Below, piece by piece: positions 8,266 through 15,855 of a stretch of DNA of 24,647 bases. Position 1 is the first letter of the stretch; each line of letters starts with the position of its first letter. Made by a program: the position numbers and the translations under genes. Under the pieces are notes generated by a model that worked only from the letters and a program-made list of their open reading frames with translations, had not been told where the DNA came from and did not search any database. Origin of the DNA: a virus (Duplodnaviria > Caudoviricetes); the IMG/VR virus record IMGVR_UViG_3300037863_000278, positions 1 to 24,647 of that record. The stretch is one strand, 5' to 3'.

Positions 8266-9528
8266 TCAGACTGGTTCAGCTTCTTTGCCGGTTACCATTC
8301 CGGCAAAGTCGTCGAACGTCCTGCCATCGGCTTCGAGGGTCGCTGCCTTGCCGGTAAAATCCTGCCAGCGCTTGATGATCACATCGCAGTAACGCGGATC
8401 GAGTTCCATCAAATGCGCAACGCGGCCGTTTTTCTCTGCCGCGATCGCGGTGGTGCCGGAGCCCGCAAAGCTGTCGAGGACGATGTCACTGCCCTTGGTA
8501 TTGTTGAGCATCTGATACTCGAAAATCGCGACCGGCTTCATCGTCGGATGCTCGCCGTTGCGTGAGGGCTTGTCGAATTCGAGGATGGTCGTCTGCTTGC
8601 GGTCATTCGCCCACAAATGCGCGGCACCGTATTTCCAACCATATAGGCACGGTTCATGTTTCCAATGAAAATCCTGCCGGCCCATCACCTGCGATGATTT
8701 CTTCCAGATCAGGCACTGGCGCACTTTCCATCCAGCATCGCGCGCCGCGCCCCGGAAATTAAAGCCCTCGCTGTCGGCGTGCCAGATATAGAACACCGCG
8801 CCGGGCTTCATCACGGTATCAGCGGTGACATAGGCATCGCGCAGAAACTCGCGGAACTGATCATCGCCCATATTGTCGTTCTGGATCGTGAGCTTGTCTT
8901 TGGTCCCACCTTCATAAGCGACGTTGTAGGGCGGATCGGTCAGCCACATGTCGACCAGTTGGCCAGCGGTCAGCTTTTCCATGTCATCAACGCTGGTGCT
9001 GTCGCCGCACATCAGACGGTGCTTGCCCATCAGCCAGACATCGCCTGGCCTCGCGACAGGGGTGGCTGGCACAGCTGGAATCGCGTCAGGATCGGTCAGC
9101 CCGTCGGTATTTTCAGCCAGCAGCTTCGAGAGCTCGTCGTCCGAGAACCCGGTCAGCATCAGATCGAAGTCAAAGCCCTGCAGATCGCCCAGTTCGACCG
9201 CCAGCATCTCGAGGTCCCAGCCAGCGTTCAGCGCCAGCTTGTTGTCGGCGATGACGTAGGCCTTCTTCTGAGCCTCGCTCCAGCCCTTGGCGACCATGGT
9301 CGGGATCTGGCTGAGGCCCAGCTTGCGGGCGGCGAGCAGGCGGCCGTGCCCGCAGAGCAGGCCGCCATCTTCATCAACGAGGATCGGATTTGTCCAACCC
9401 CATTCACGGATCGAGGCCGCGATCTGCGCGACCTGTTCGTCCGAGTGCGTGCGGGAGTTGCGCGCATAGGGCGTGATTTTATCAATCGGCCAAAGCTCAC
9501 TGCTCTGGGCCGGCCAGTTCTGATCCAT
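8266..9528 (-). CDS. ParB/Srx-like domain fused to an N6-A/N4-C DNA methyltransferase (beta class)
   Basis: N-terminal PYARNSRTH...GHGRLLAA...IADNKL, then DPPY (motif IV), HPTMKP and LDSFAGSGTT (motif I). No cognate restriction endonuclease is adjacent. Confidence 0.93.
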   Translation of the reverse strand: MDQNWPAQSSELWPIDKITPYARNSRTHSDEQVAQIAASIREWGWTNPILVDEDGGLLCGHGRLLAARKLGLSQIPTMVAKGWSEAQKKAYVIADNKLALNAGWDLEMLAVELGDLQGFDFDLMLTGFSDDELSKLLAENTDGLTDPDAIPAVPATPVARPGDVWLMGKHRLMCGDSTSVDDMEKLTAGQLVDMWLTDPPYNVAYEGGTKDKLTIQNDNMGDDQFREFLRDAYVTADTVMKPGAVFYIWHADSEGFNFRGAARDAGWKVRQCLIWKKSSQVMGRQDFHWKHEPCLYGWKYGAAHLWANDRKQTTILEFDKPSRNGEHPTMKPVAIFEYQMLNNTKGSDIVLDSFAGSGTTAIAAEKNGRVAHLMELDPRYCDVIIKRWQDFTGKAATLEADGRTFDDFAGMVTGKEAEPV

Positions 9529-9629
9529 AGATATCCTTGAATAGCGTTTGGCCGCGGAAGCCTTCAGGCTCGCGGCGCGTGGTCAAAATGTCAGGTCGCA
9601 GGGTAGCTGGGGGGGCTATTGCCCCCGGG

Positions 9630-9854
9630 TCAGACCAGCTCGAGCTCGTTCAGCACCTTGGCGGTGTCGAGCAACTGGTCCGTGCGGACCATGATTTCGA
9701 TGGTCATGCTGTCGGCGGTCGCACTTGCGTAGACGCCGCCCTCGTAAAGTTCCTGTTCGATCGTCTCGAGCACAACGCCAATTCGGCTGCGGTCGAAATC
9801 TTCGGGCAGCGTGCGGATCGCAAGGCGGATTGTGCTGGTGACGTCCGCGCTCAT
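9630..9854 (-). CDS. Small acidic hypothetical protein
   Basis: 74 aa, ATGA overlap with the upstream gene, plausible codon usage. Confidence 0.7.
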   Translation of the reverse strand: MSADVTSTIRLAIRTLPEDFDRSRIGVVLETIEQELYEGGVYASATADSMTIEIMVRTDQLLDTAKVLNELELV

Positions 9855-10213
9855 TCGGCCTCTGCCAATATCTCGTAGAGGCCGACAAAGCCGGTCAGGT
9901 AAGGCAGCCCCACCGGAATGCCATGGTCCCGCGAAGTCGCGCGGTTGATGGTCCAGCCCATCCAGCGGGTGATTGCCGCGTCAATGGCAGCCTTGAGGTC
10001 AAGACCGCTGTGGATGCCGTTTGCGACATCGTCAGCCAAGTGGCGTCCGTGCCGGCTGTCGAGAAAATCCCGAACTCCTTCGGCGCTGCCGCCAGTGGCC
10101 TTGGCTACCGCCGGGAAGGCGATGGTCCAGGCTGCCTGGGCATCCGTTAAGTTGCCTGCTGTGCCGAAGAAGCCCCAGCCTTCGTTGGCGGTGGTAAGGG
10201 CCTTGTTGGTCAT
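9851..10213 (-). CDS. Conserved prophage hypothetical protein
   Basis: 120 aa with WGFFGT, DFLDSRHGRHLAD and GIPVGLPYLTGFV blocks, which I recall from proteobacterial prophage proteins near terminase genes. Function unknown. Confidence 0.8.
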   Translation of the reverse strand: MTNKALTTANEGWGFFGTAGNLTDAQAAWTIAFPAVAKATGGSAEGVRDFLDSRHGRHLADDVANGIHSGLDLKAAIDAAITRWMGWTINRATSRDHGIPVGLPYLTGFVGLYEILAEAE

Positions 10214-10299
10214 CTGCGTCGCTTTCGTTTTGGTGAAACGACTAACGCTCTTTTTGCGCCATCTATCCAGTCGAAAAGACTGTATTCGTTGGACTTTCT

Positions 10300-10400
10300 A
10301 GATTTTGACCCCCGGTCGCTAACTCGCGGTTGCGCGTTCTTTGGACCATGCGCGGTTTCCCTACCGAGAGCGACTGAGAACGAACCGCCCCCCCGGCTTG
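10300..10400. other. Candidate cos/packaging site region
   Basis: Non-coding gap immediately after the HNH gene, with GGGGGGGCGG (minus strand), a direct repeat CGCGGTT (10325, 10351) and a small palindrome GACC-ccc-GGTC. The position matches cos in HNH/P27-TerS phages. Confidence 0.45.
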
Positions 10401-10401
10401 C

Positions 10402-10668
10402 TCACTCGATCGGCCACCCGTCGGGGCCCACGGCGATCGTCCTGCGATGGCCGAATTGTTCGGCAGTCCGCTTGGCATGGCACTCGGCGCAGAGGCAGCG
10501 GATGTTGCTGTCTTCGTCCGATCCTCCATGGGCTAGCGGCACTATGTGGTCAGGTACGGTCGCCTCTCGGACAATCCCGACGGAGGCACAATCTCGGCAG
10601 AGGGGCTCTGCCTGTAAACGATGCAGGCGCTGCGCAACTGCCCGACGTCCCCGTTGCCGTTCAGCCAT
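10402..10668 (-). CDS. HNH endonuclease (HK97 gp74-like terminase cofactor)
   Basis: Start at MAERQRGR, 88 aa: PLCRDC...VPDHIVPLAHGGSDEDSNIRCLCAECHAKRT. Confidence 0.92.
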   Translation of the reverse strand: MAERQRGRRAVAQRLHRLQAEPLCRDCASVGIVREATVPDHIVPLAHGGSDEDSNIRCLCAECHAKRTAEQFGHRRTIAVGPDGWPIE

Positions 10669-10680
10669 GCGCAACGCCTG

Positions 10681-10717
10681 AAACGAAAAACGCCCGGAAG
10701 CGGTTAAGCCCCGGGCG
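10681..10717 (-). terminator. Intrinsic terminator between the late promoter and the HNH gene
   Basis: Minus strand CGCCCGGGGC-ttaacc-GCTTCCGGGCG followed by TTTTTCGTTT. Confidence 0.75.
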
Positions 10718-10742
10718 CAGTTCTTAATTCTGGAATTTCGGA

Positions 10743-10771
10743 ACACTATGCCAGTTGCCTAGTCCCGTCAA
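10743..10771 (-). promoter_or_regulatory. Sigma70-type late promoter (pR'-like)
   Basis: TTGACG-N17-TAGTGT on the minus strand, with an AT-rich upstream tract (10772-10795). Confidence 0.7.
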
Positions 10772-10798
10772 TCATAAATAATCAATAATATCAATGGC

Positions 10799-11413
10799 CT
10801 AAGTCCTGCGCATTGCTGCGTGATCGCGCGTGACCAAAGATCCGCCAGTGTTCCTGGTGATCCCGAAATATTCGGCCAGGGCATCCAGTCCAGCGCGCAG
10901 ATTGCGCAATTCAACATTGGCCAGGTTGGATGCGTCCTCATCGATGCAGACAACCGCTTTGATCAAGACGGAAGGCGATCGCCCCATGACATTGGGACGA
11001 TCACGGTCACACTCGGCGAGCACACTGATGGCGCGGTCGTAGCGGCGGCGCAGCTTCTCCAGGAATGCCTGATCTGGGTCAGGCGCGCTGCCACCGAAGA
11101 TCCCCTCGTTGATCAGCAGGCCCGCAACCGAGCTGGGGTTCGGCAGCGGCAGGCCAAACACCACATGGTGCCGGTGGGTGAGTTCGCCGAACTTCTCCCC
11201 GGCAGCATACTGGTCCGGCGTAATGACTTCACGGAATGCCAGCCGACCGAGGGCCGTGCCCAAACGCTCATCACGGGCCTGACGGGGCGTTACCTGAAAG
11301 TGGCGTTGCCGGGCTTCCAGCACCGTCGACATGGCCTCGTGTTGGGTTTCGCTGCGAAGCCGCTTTCCGCAAGCGTGGCGCTTACCCGGTTTCTTCTTCC
11401 GGCCCCGGCTCAT
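10799..11413 (-). CDS. Hypothetical protein, positional candidate for late regulator/antiterminator
   Basis: Start at MSRGRKKK (ATGA overlap with the RuvC-like gene), 204 aa. Last gene of the early operon, directly before the promoter-terminator pair. GTALGRL...ITPDQYAAG and LRAGLDALAEYFG motifs. Confidence 0.75.
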   Translation of the reverse strand: MSRGRKKKPGKRHACGKRLRSETQHEAMSTVLEARQRHFQVTPRQARDERLGTALGRLAFREVITPDQYAAGEKFGELTHRHHVVFGLPLPNPSSVAGLLINEGIFGGSAPDPDQAFLEKLRRRYDRAISVLAECDRDRPNVMGRSPSVLIKAVVCIDEDASNLANVELRNLRAGLDALAEYFGITRNTGGSLVTRDHAAMRRT

Positions 11414-11949
11414 CGCACACCGCCACGGGTCTCGATGGCCCAAAGCAAAATGGCGATGGCGTCAGCCTCGTTGTCGTCGGCTGGGGAAAATCCCTTGGCC
11501 CGAACGGCTGTGATGACGGCGGTTTTATCGGCATTGCCTTTGCCGGTGATAAACCGCTTTATCGTCCCGACCGGCACGCCCTGGTAGGCGATTGCCTGTT
11601 CCTCGCCCCATGCGGTGAGCACCGCCAGCAAGCCGCCATAAATGTGGGCGGCATCGGTGCCGAGGTGGCGCCGGACCTCCTCGAAGTGGACCGTGGCGAT
11701 CGGCCCGGCATCAGCATCCAGCTGATCGAGCCATTTGCGGAACCGGACGAACCGCATGCCGCCGCCGTCATAGCGGGAAGGCTTGAGGCTGAGGGTGCCG
11801 CTGACAATCGGACCGGTTGACGGGCGCAGGGCCCAACCGGTGGTGGTGCCCAGATCCAATGCAAGCATCGTGGTGGACGGGGCAATCAGTCCGGCAGTTG
11901 TTGCAGGGGGTGCAACACCTGCAGGCAAAGCGAGGGTATGCGAAGCCAT
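11410..11949 (-). CDS. RuvC-like Holliday junction resolvase (phage type)
   Basis: LALDLGTTTGWA, FEEV, IKRFITGKGNADK and DDNEADAIA give the RuvC acidic catalytic set. Confidence 0.88.
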   Translation of the reverse strand: MASHTLALPAGVAPPATTAGLIAPSTTMLALDLGTTTGWALRPSTGPIVSGTLSLKPSRYDGGGMRFVRFRKWLDQLDADAGPIATVHFEEVRRHLGTDAAHIYGGLLAVLTAWGEEQAIAYQGVPVGTIKRFITGKGNADKTAVITAVRAKGFSPADDNEADAIAILLWAIETRGGVR

Positions 11950-12065
11950 TATGGTCTCCGTTCGGGAATGTCTGGGATGATGTTTGCGGAAGGTCGGGAT
12001 AGGGTATCAGGGTGGTTCGCGCTGCTGACCTGAATCGACGGCTCGCGGGATCCCATTCTGATGGA

Positions 12066-12375
12066 GGGCGCACACCCCACGGGGTGCGCCCCCATTCTTT
12101 AGAATGGGGGTTTCACACCACCTAGTTGGGAAGGCACTTAAACCCCCAGAAAACTGCCAGAAATTCCAGTTTGGGGAGTTTGGAAACGACCTCTCCACCC
12201 AATCTGGGTAGAGCGTGACCACGCGTAGCCCGGGGCAATTCTGCTGGGGTAGTTTCGGAAACCGGCCCAATCTGCCCGCTGCGCGTTGGCGCGTAATTCC
12301 GCATGTGCGTGACGGGGCAGTTTGGTAGTTTGGGCAAAACTCACCCAATCTGATTGCAGCGCATTGGCGCGCATA
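12066..12375. repeat. Iteron-like repeats and palindromes, probable phage replication origin
   Basis: CCCAATCTG at 12198, 12266 and 12344, each preceded by AGTTT(C)GG...AAAC. Perfect palindrome CCCCCATTCT-tt-AGAATGGGGG (12089-12110) and GGGCGCAC...GTGCGCCC (12066-12091). Confidence 0.6.
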
Positions 12376-12392
12376 GAGCGAGGTGGTGATGA

Positions 12393-14675
12393 TCATGCCT
12401 CGTCCCCCTCGGGATAGACCCATATCGAAGGGTTCTCGACCTCCAGCAGCGCGCCGGTCTGCGGTGACTTGTAATGGCTGGGCAGAACCGCGACCGGCGT
12501 GGTCACGATCTCGCCGGTGTCAGGGTCTGCATCCTCGATCGGCATCGCCATGCCTTCGACACACAGATAGCCAAAACGCGACCGGGACGGCCCGAGGTTG
12601 AGGGCGGAACCATCGCGCAGATATTTGATGTAGCCCTTGGTCGCGAGCACGCTGATCCGGTCGCGGATCGTATCCTTGCCCCCAAGCCCGGCCTTGTTTT
12701 CATGGACCTCGCAGAACTGGTTGGAGGTGTAGAGCTTCCCGGTTCCGGCCTCGTCGAGCAGGAGCCCGAGGATCACATCATGCTTGCGGATCCGCTCGGC
12801 ATCGAGCCGGGCACCGACATCCTTGCGGATCAGGCGCTCGCTGCTGGCATCGATCTCGACCCATTGCCCGCCGCGCTTGTCGACAAGCATCGGGTCGATC
12901 GCGGGCCCGTTGCGCAGTTCGATTTCCAGTCGGCGTTCGCTGCGATCCTCCAGCGGCCGGTACATGATGATGCCCGAGGTGTAGAAGCCGCGCAGCGCAC
13001 TGGCGCCGGACAGCGCCTGGAACGGATCCTCGGCGACCTGCTTTTTGGTCATCTTCTTGGTGTGGTGCGCGAGGATCACGCCGGCATCGGGCGCCACTGC
13101 ATCGCGCAACTGCTCGACCCGCTCCTGCAGGAAGAACATCATGGCGCTGTTGTCGTTTTCGCCGCCGCCGTCCGGCCCGCCGTCAAACAGGTTACGGATC
13201 GGGTCGATGCAGATGATGTCGGGCGGGTCGGCCGGGAAATGAGATTTGATTGCATCGACGGCCAGCGCCACCCCGCGATCATCGAGCAAGAGTTTCAGTT
13301 TCGGCGTGACGATGAGGTTATCGCGCGCGGCAGCGATCACAGCGGGATCCAGCCGGATCGCCTGCAACCGTTCGCGCAGATAGTGGTACTGGATCTCGGC
13401 CTGCAGGTAGAAAATCCGCAAGGGGCGCGGCGGCATGAAGCCGAGGAACGCCACACCTGCCGCCATGTGCGCGAGAAAGCAGATCAAGAAGTCGCTCTTG
13501 CCGACCTTGGGTGCGCCGCCGAGCACCAGCATGCCTCCAGCCGTAAGAAGCCGCGGCGACACAATATCCGGTGGCATGGGGCTGGTGTCGTCGAGCAGCG
13601 CGCCGAAGGTGAAGGCCGGCATTTCCGACTGGCGCGGCGCTGTGGCAGAACGCAGCAGCGGCGGGCCATTGCGTTCGACATGCAACCGCCAGAGACGGTC
13701 GGATTCCTGGCGCAACCGCTCGAGGGGCCAGCTCGGCCGCAGCATTGCGGCATTATACTGGCAGATCGCTTCCCAGCCTTCATCCGGGCTGATCCGGCCC
13801 TCATGGACCTGCCGGATGAAGTGGCCGATGGCGGCGCTGGCGCCCTCGAACCGCGACCACGCATCAGCTCCACCTTCATGGACCGGCGTCGTCAGCACAT
13901 CGCCCAGCGAAGGCTTGTCCGCAGACGTGGCCGTCGCCGCGCCAATCCCGGGCATGGCCGGCATGGCACCCACCGCTTCGGCAAAGTCCCCCAAGTCCAC
14001 GTCATGCCCGGGGAGATGTTGCAGAATCTGCACCATCCGCTGGCTGCCACCTTTGTGGTAGATCGTGCCCGGAACGCGGATCGGCTGGTGCGCCGAGCGG
14101 AAATGGGTATCGCCAGCGACCTTGGTAGCAATGGCACCGCGCAGCGCGCAGACCTGTTCGACGTCGGTACAGGTCGCGGGTTCCGAGAGCTTCCACCAGA
14201 CATGGAGCTTGTGTGCGCCCTCGGGCGTCCGCCCGCCGCTCTCCACGACCAGCGCCGGATCGCCCAGATGCCGGATCAGATGGGTGAGCTTGGCCCCGAT
14301 ATCGCCGGTGTCGATGTCGACGACGATCGCCTGCATGGCGGCAATATCCGCCGACTTCGCCTGGCCGCTCTCCGTCACCGTGCCGGGAATGACGTAAACC
14401 GCCGCACCCTCGCGCCCGGCCCAATGGGCGAAGGTCGTCAGCTTGTCCGGTGCCGAGGCATCAGCGTCGATCCAGATATTATGTGGCTTGCCCTCGATGC
14501 CTTGACCCTTGTCGATGAAACTGCGGACCGGGATCAGGCCGTCACAATAGCTGAACACCACATCGACAAAGGTGGCGATCTGGGCTGGGTCGGGCTCGAG
14601 AAACAGCTCTTCCAGCGACGGGGCGTCGTTGAAATCCCGCCAGGGATTGAAGTGGACGATGTTGTCCTCGCTCAT
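12393..14675 (-). CDS. Primase-helicase: RepB/AEP-like primase domain, AAA_25 (RecA/DnaB-like) helicase and C-terminal domain
   Basis: Start at MSEDNIVH, 760 aa. Primase motifs VVDID, ESGG...KLHVWW and IRVPGT; Walker A GAPKVGKS, Walker B ICIDP, then LAHHTKK and SGASAL. Confidence 0.9.
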   Translation of the reverse strand: MSEDNIVHFNPWRDFNDAPSLEELFLEPDPAQIATFVDVVFSYCDGLIPVRSFIDKGQGIEGKPHNIWIDADASAPDKLTTFAHWAGREGAAVYVIPGTVTESGQAKSADIAAMQAIVVDIDTGDIGAKLTHLIRHLGDPALVVESGGRTPEGAHKLHVWWKLSEPATCTDVEQVCALRGAIATKVAGDTHFRSAHQPIRVPGTIYHKGGSQRMVQILQHLPGHDVDLGDFAEAVGAMPAMPGIGAATATSADKPSLGDVLTTPVHEGGADAWSRFEGASAAIGHFIRQVHEGRISPDEGWEAICQYNAAMLRPSWPLERLRQESDRLWRLHVERNGPPLLRSATAPRQSEMPAFTFGALLDDTSPMPPDIVSPRLLTAGGMLVLGGAPKVGKSDFLICFLAHMAAGVAFLGFMPPRPLRIFYLQAEIQYHYLRERLQAIRLDPAVIAAARDNLIVTPKLKLLLDDRGVALAVDAIKSHFPADPPDIICIDPIRNLFDGGPDGGGENDNSAMMFFLQERVEQLRDAVAPDAGVILAHHTKKMTKKQVAEDPFQALSGASALRGFYTSGIIMYRPLEDRSERRLEIELRNGPAIDPMLVDKRGGQWVEIDASSERLIRKDVGARLDAERIRKHDVILGLLLDEAGTGKLYTSNQFCEVHENKAGLGGKDTIRDRISVLATKGYIKYLRDGSALNLGPSRSRFGYLCVEGMAMPIEDADPDTGEIVTTPVAVLPSHYKSPQTGALLEVENPSIWVYPEGDEA

Positions 14676-15439
14676 TGGGCCATCTCCCAGCAACGGGCCG
14701 CCCATGAGCAGAACCGGCATTCAAAATGGTCGCGGGTCCTGGTGAAACGCGGCAACAATTCCCCGGCATCGGTTGCCGTGAGGATGCGCACCGCTTTGTC
14801 GCTCATGCGCTGGGCAAGGTCCGCGTCGAACGGCACCAGTTCATGGTGGAGCTCGGCCGTGTCCTTGTTGATCGCGGTGAACAGCGCGGGTGAGGCAGAA
14901 ATTCCCGGCACGCTGGCTTCCATATAGGCCTGGTACAGCGCAATCTGGGCGGCATAGACCGGCTTGGATTTGACCACGCCGTCCTTGACGCAGGCACGCC
15001 AGTTCTTCGCGTTCATGGTTTTGCATTCCCAGAGCGCTGGGACACCCAGTCCAAGCATTGCAGGGGCGCTGGCAATGATCCCATCGACATGGCCGCGCAG
15101 GCGCCCGCCAGCGGCTGAGAAGCCGAACTGGTCCCCATCGGGGCGATTGCCTTTGCGGGTGAACAGGTCGAGGCCGGCGCCGCGCAGCCAAGCGATGGCG
15201 AGATCTTCAAGGGCGTGACCCATGGCGAAAATCCGCAGGGTGCGGCCCGAGAAGTCGGTGCCTTCATCCTTGGGCGTAGCGGTGAACTCGAACTGGAGCG
15301 CGCGTTCGCAGGAAACGCCCACCCGCGAGCCGCCGAGATAATCCCGGGGGCTGCGCGCGGCATTGTCCGTCTCGAGATGGCTATCGACCAAGGCGTTCAG
15401 GCGTTCGCCGAATGCGGGACGGTGATTGAAGTCCAGCAT
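14672..15439 (-). CDS. PD-(D/E)xK exonuclease, Cas4-like
   Basis: YLGGSRVGVSCER, GHALE, GHVDG, WECKT, QIALY and C-terminal CRFCSWAARC (1+3 Cys pattern of Fe-S nucleases). No CRISPR context. Confidence 0.85.
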   Translation of the reverse strand: MLDFNHRPAFGERLNALVDSHLETDNAARSPRDYLGGSRVGVSCERALQFEFTATPKDEGTDFSGRTLRIFAMGHALEDLAIAWLRGAGLDLFTRKGNRPDGDQFGFSAAGGRLRGHVDGIIASAPAMLGLGVPALWECKTMNAKNWRACVKDGVVKSKPVYAAQIALYQAYMEASVPGISASPALFTAINKDTAELHHELVPFDADLAQRMSDKAVRILTATDAGELLPRFTRTRDHFECRFCSWAARCWEMAQ

Positions 15440-15843
15440 CAGAACGGCACGTACATCGGGTCGGCAGCAGCAATGTCGCGCATCGCCGTCTGGAAGCCTT
15501 CGATTGCGACGGAGATCAGCTGGAGCATCTGCTCCTGCGACCAGGCGCTGGGCGGGGTTTGCCAGCCGATCGCATCGATCACCCCAGCCATCGGCTGAAG
15601 AGTGGCGCGGATCGCGGCCATCTCGTGCTCGGTCAGATCAACCATGTCCGGCACCTTTCGCGCTCGCAGCCAGAAGAAACGCTGGCAGCTGATGGAGCAG
15701 AACCACACAGACGGGCCCGAATGTTTCGTCCGTTGCGGGCCCAACCAGCCGAAGCCAGAGGTTGGTCGACGACATACTGCACACAGCAATCCGCGTGGGT
15801 GCCAGCACCGCAGCCGCTGTTCGGCGGAAGGCGATTTCTCCAT
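15439..15843 (-). CDS. Hypothetical phage protein with Cys-rich N-terminus (DUF6511-like C-terminus)
   Basis: CAVC...FCSISCQ zinc-finger-like segment, then MVDLTEHE...IGW...VPF; TGATG coupling to the nuclease gene. Confidence 0.7.
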   Translation of the reverse strand: MEKSPSAEQRLRCWHPRGLLCAVCRRPTSGFGWLGPQRTKHSGPSVWFCSISCQRFFWLRARKVPDMVDLTEHEMAAIRATLQPMAGVIDAIGWQTPPSAWSQEQMLQLISVAIEGFQTAMRDIAAADPMYVPF

Positions 15844-15855
15844 GGGTCTTGTCCA

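Noticed and set aside
7180-9528. Nuclease plus MTase as a restriction-modification pair
   Set aside because: The genes are on opposite strands with higBA between them, SNase-type enzymes are non-specific and this one looks exported, and ParB-MTase fusions are routine orphan genes beside phage terminases.
10243-10259. AACGCTCTTTTTGCGCC resembling the repressor operator
   Set aside because: It shares ACGCTCTTT with one operator, but the half-site spacing is 7 rather than 6 and the flanks mismatch, so support is insufficient.
11960-12000. Recurrent (T/C)GGGA words upstream of the RuvC-like gene
   Set aside because: They are short, irregularly phased and could be chance in a purine-skewed stretch.
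12167-12375. Possible mini-CRISPR array (repeats every 68-78 bp, near a Cas4-like gene)
   Set aside because: The repeats vary in length, the spacers resemble each other, and there is no leader or cas operon. The Cas4-like nuclease belongs to the Sak4/SSB/helicase module.
12474-14927. 817-aa plus-strand ORF
   Set aside because: It is the antisense shadow of the primase-helicase. Such open frames are expected from GC-rich codon bias, and it has no motifs or RBS.
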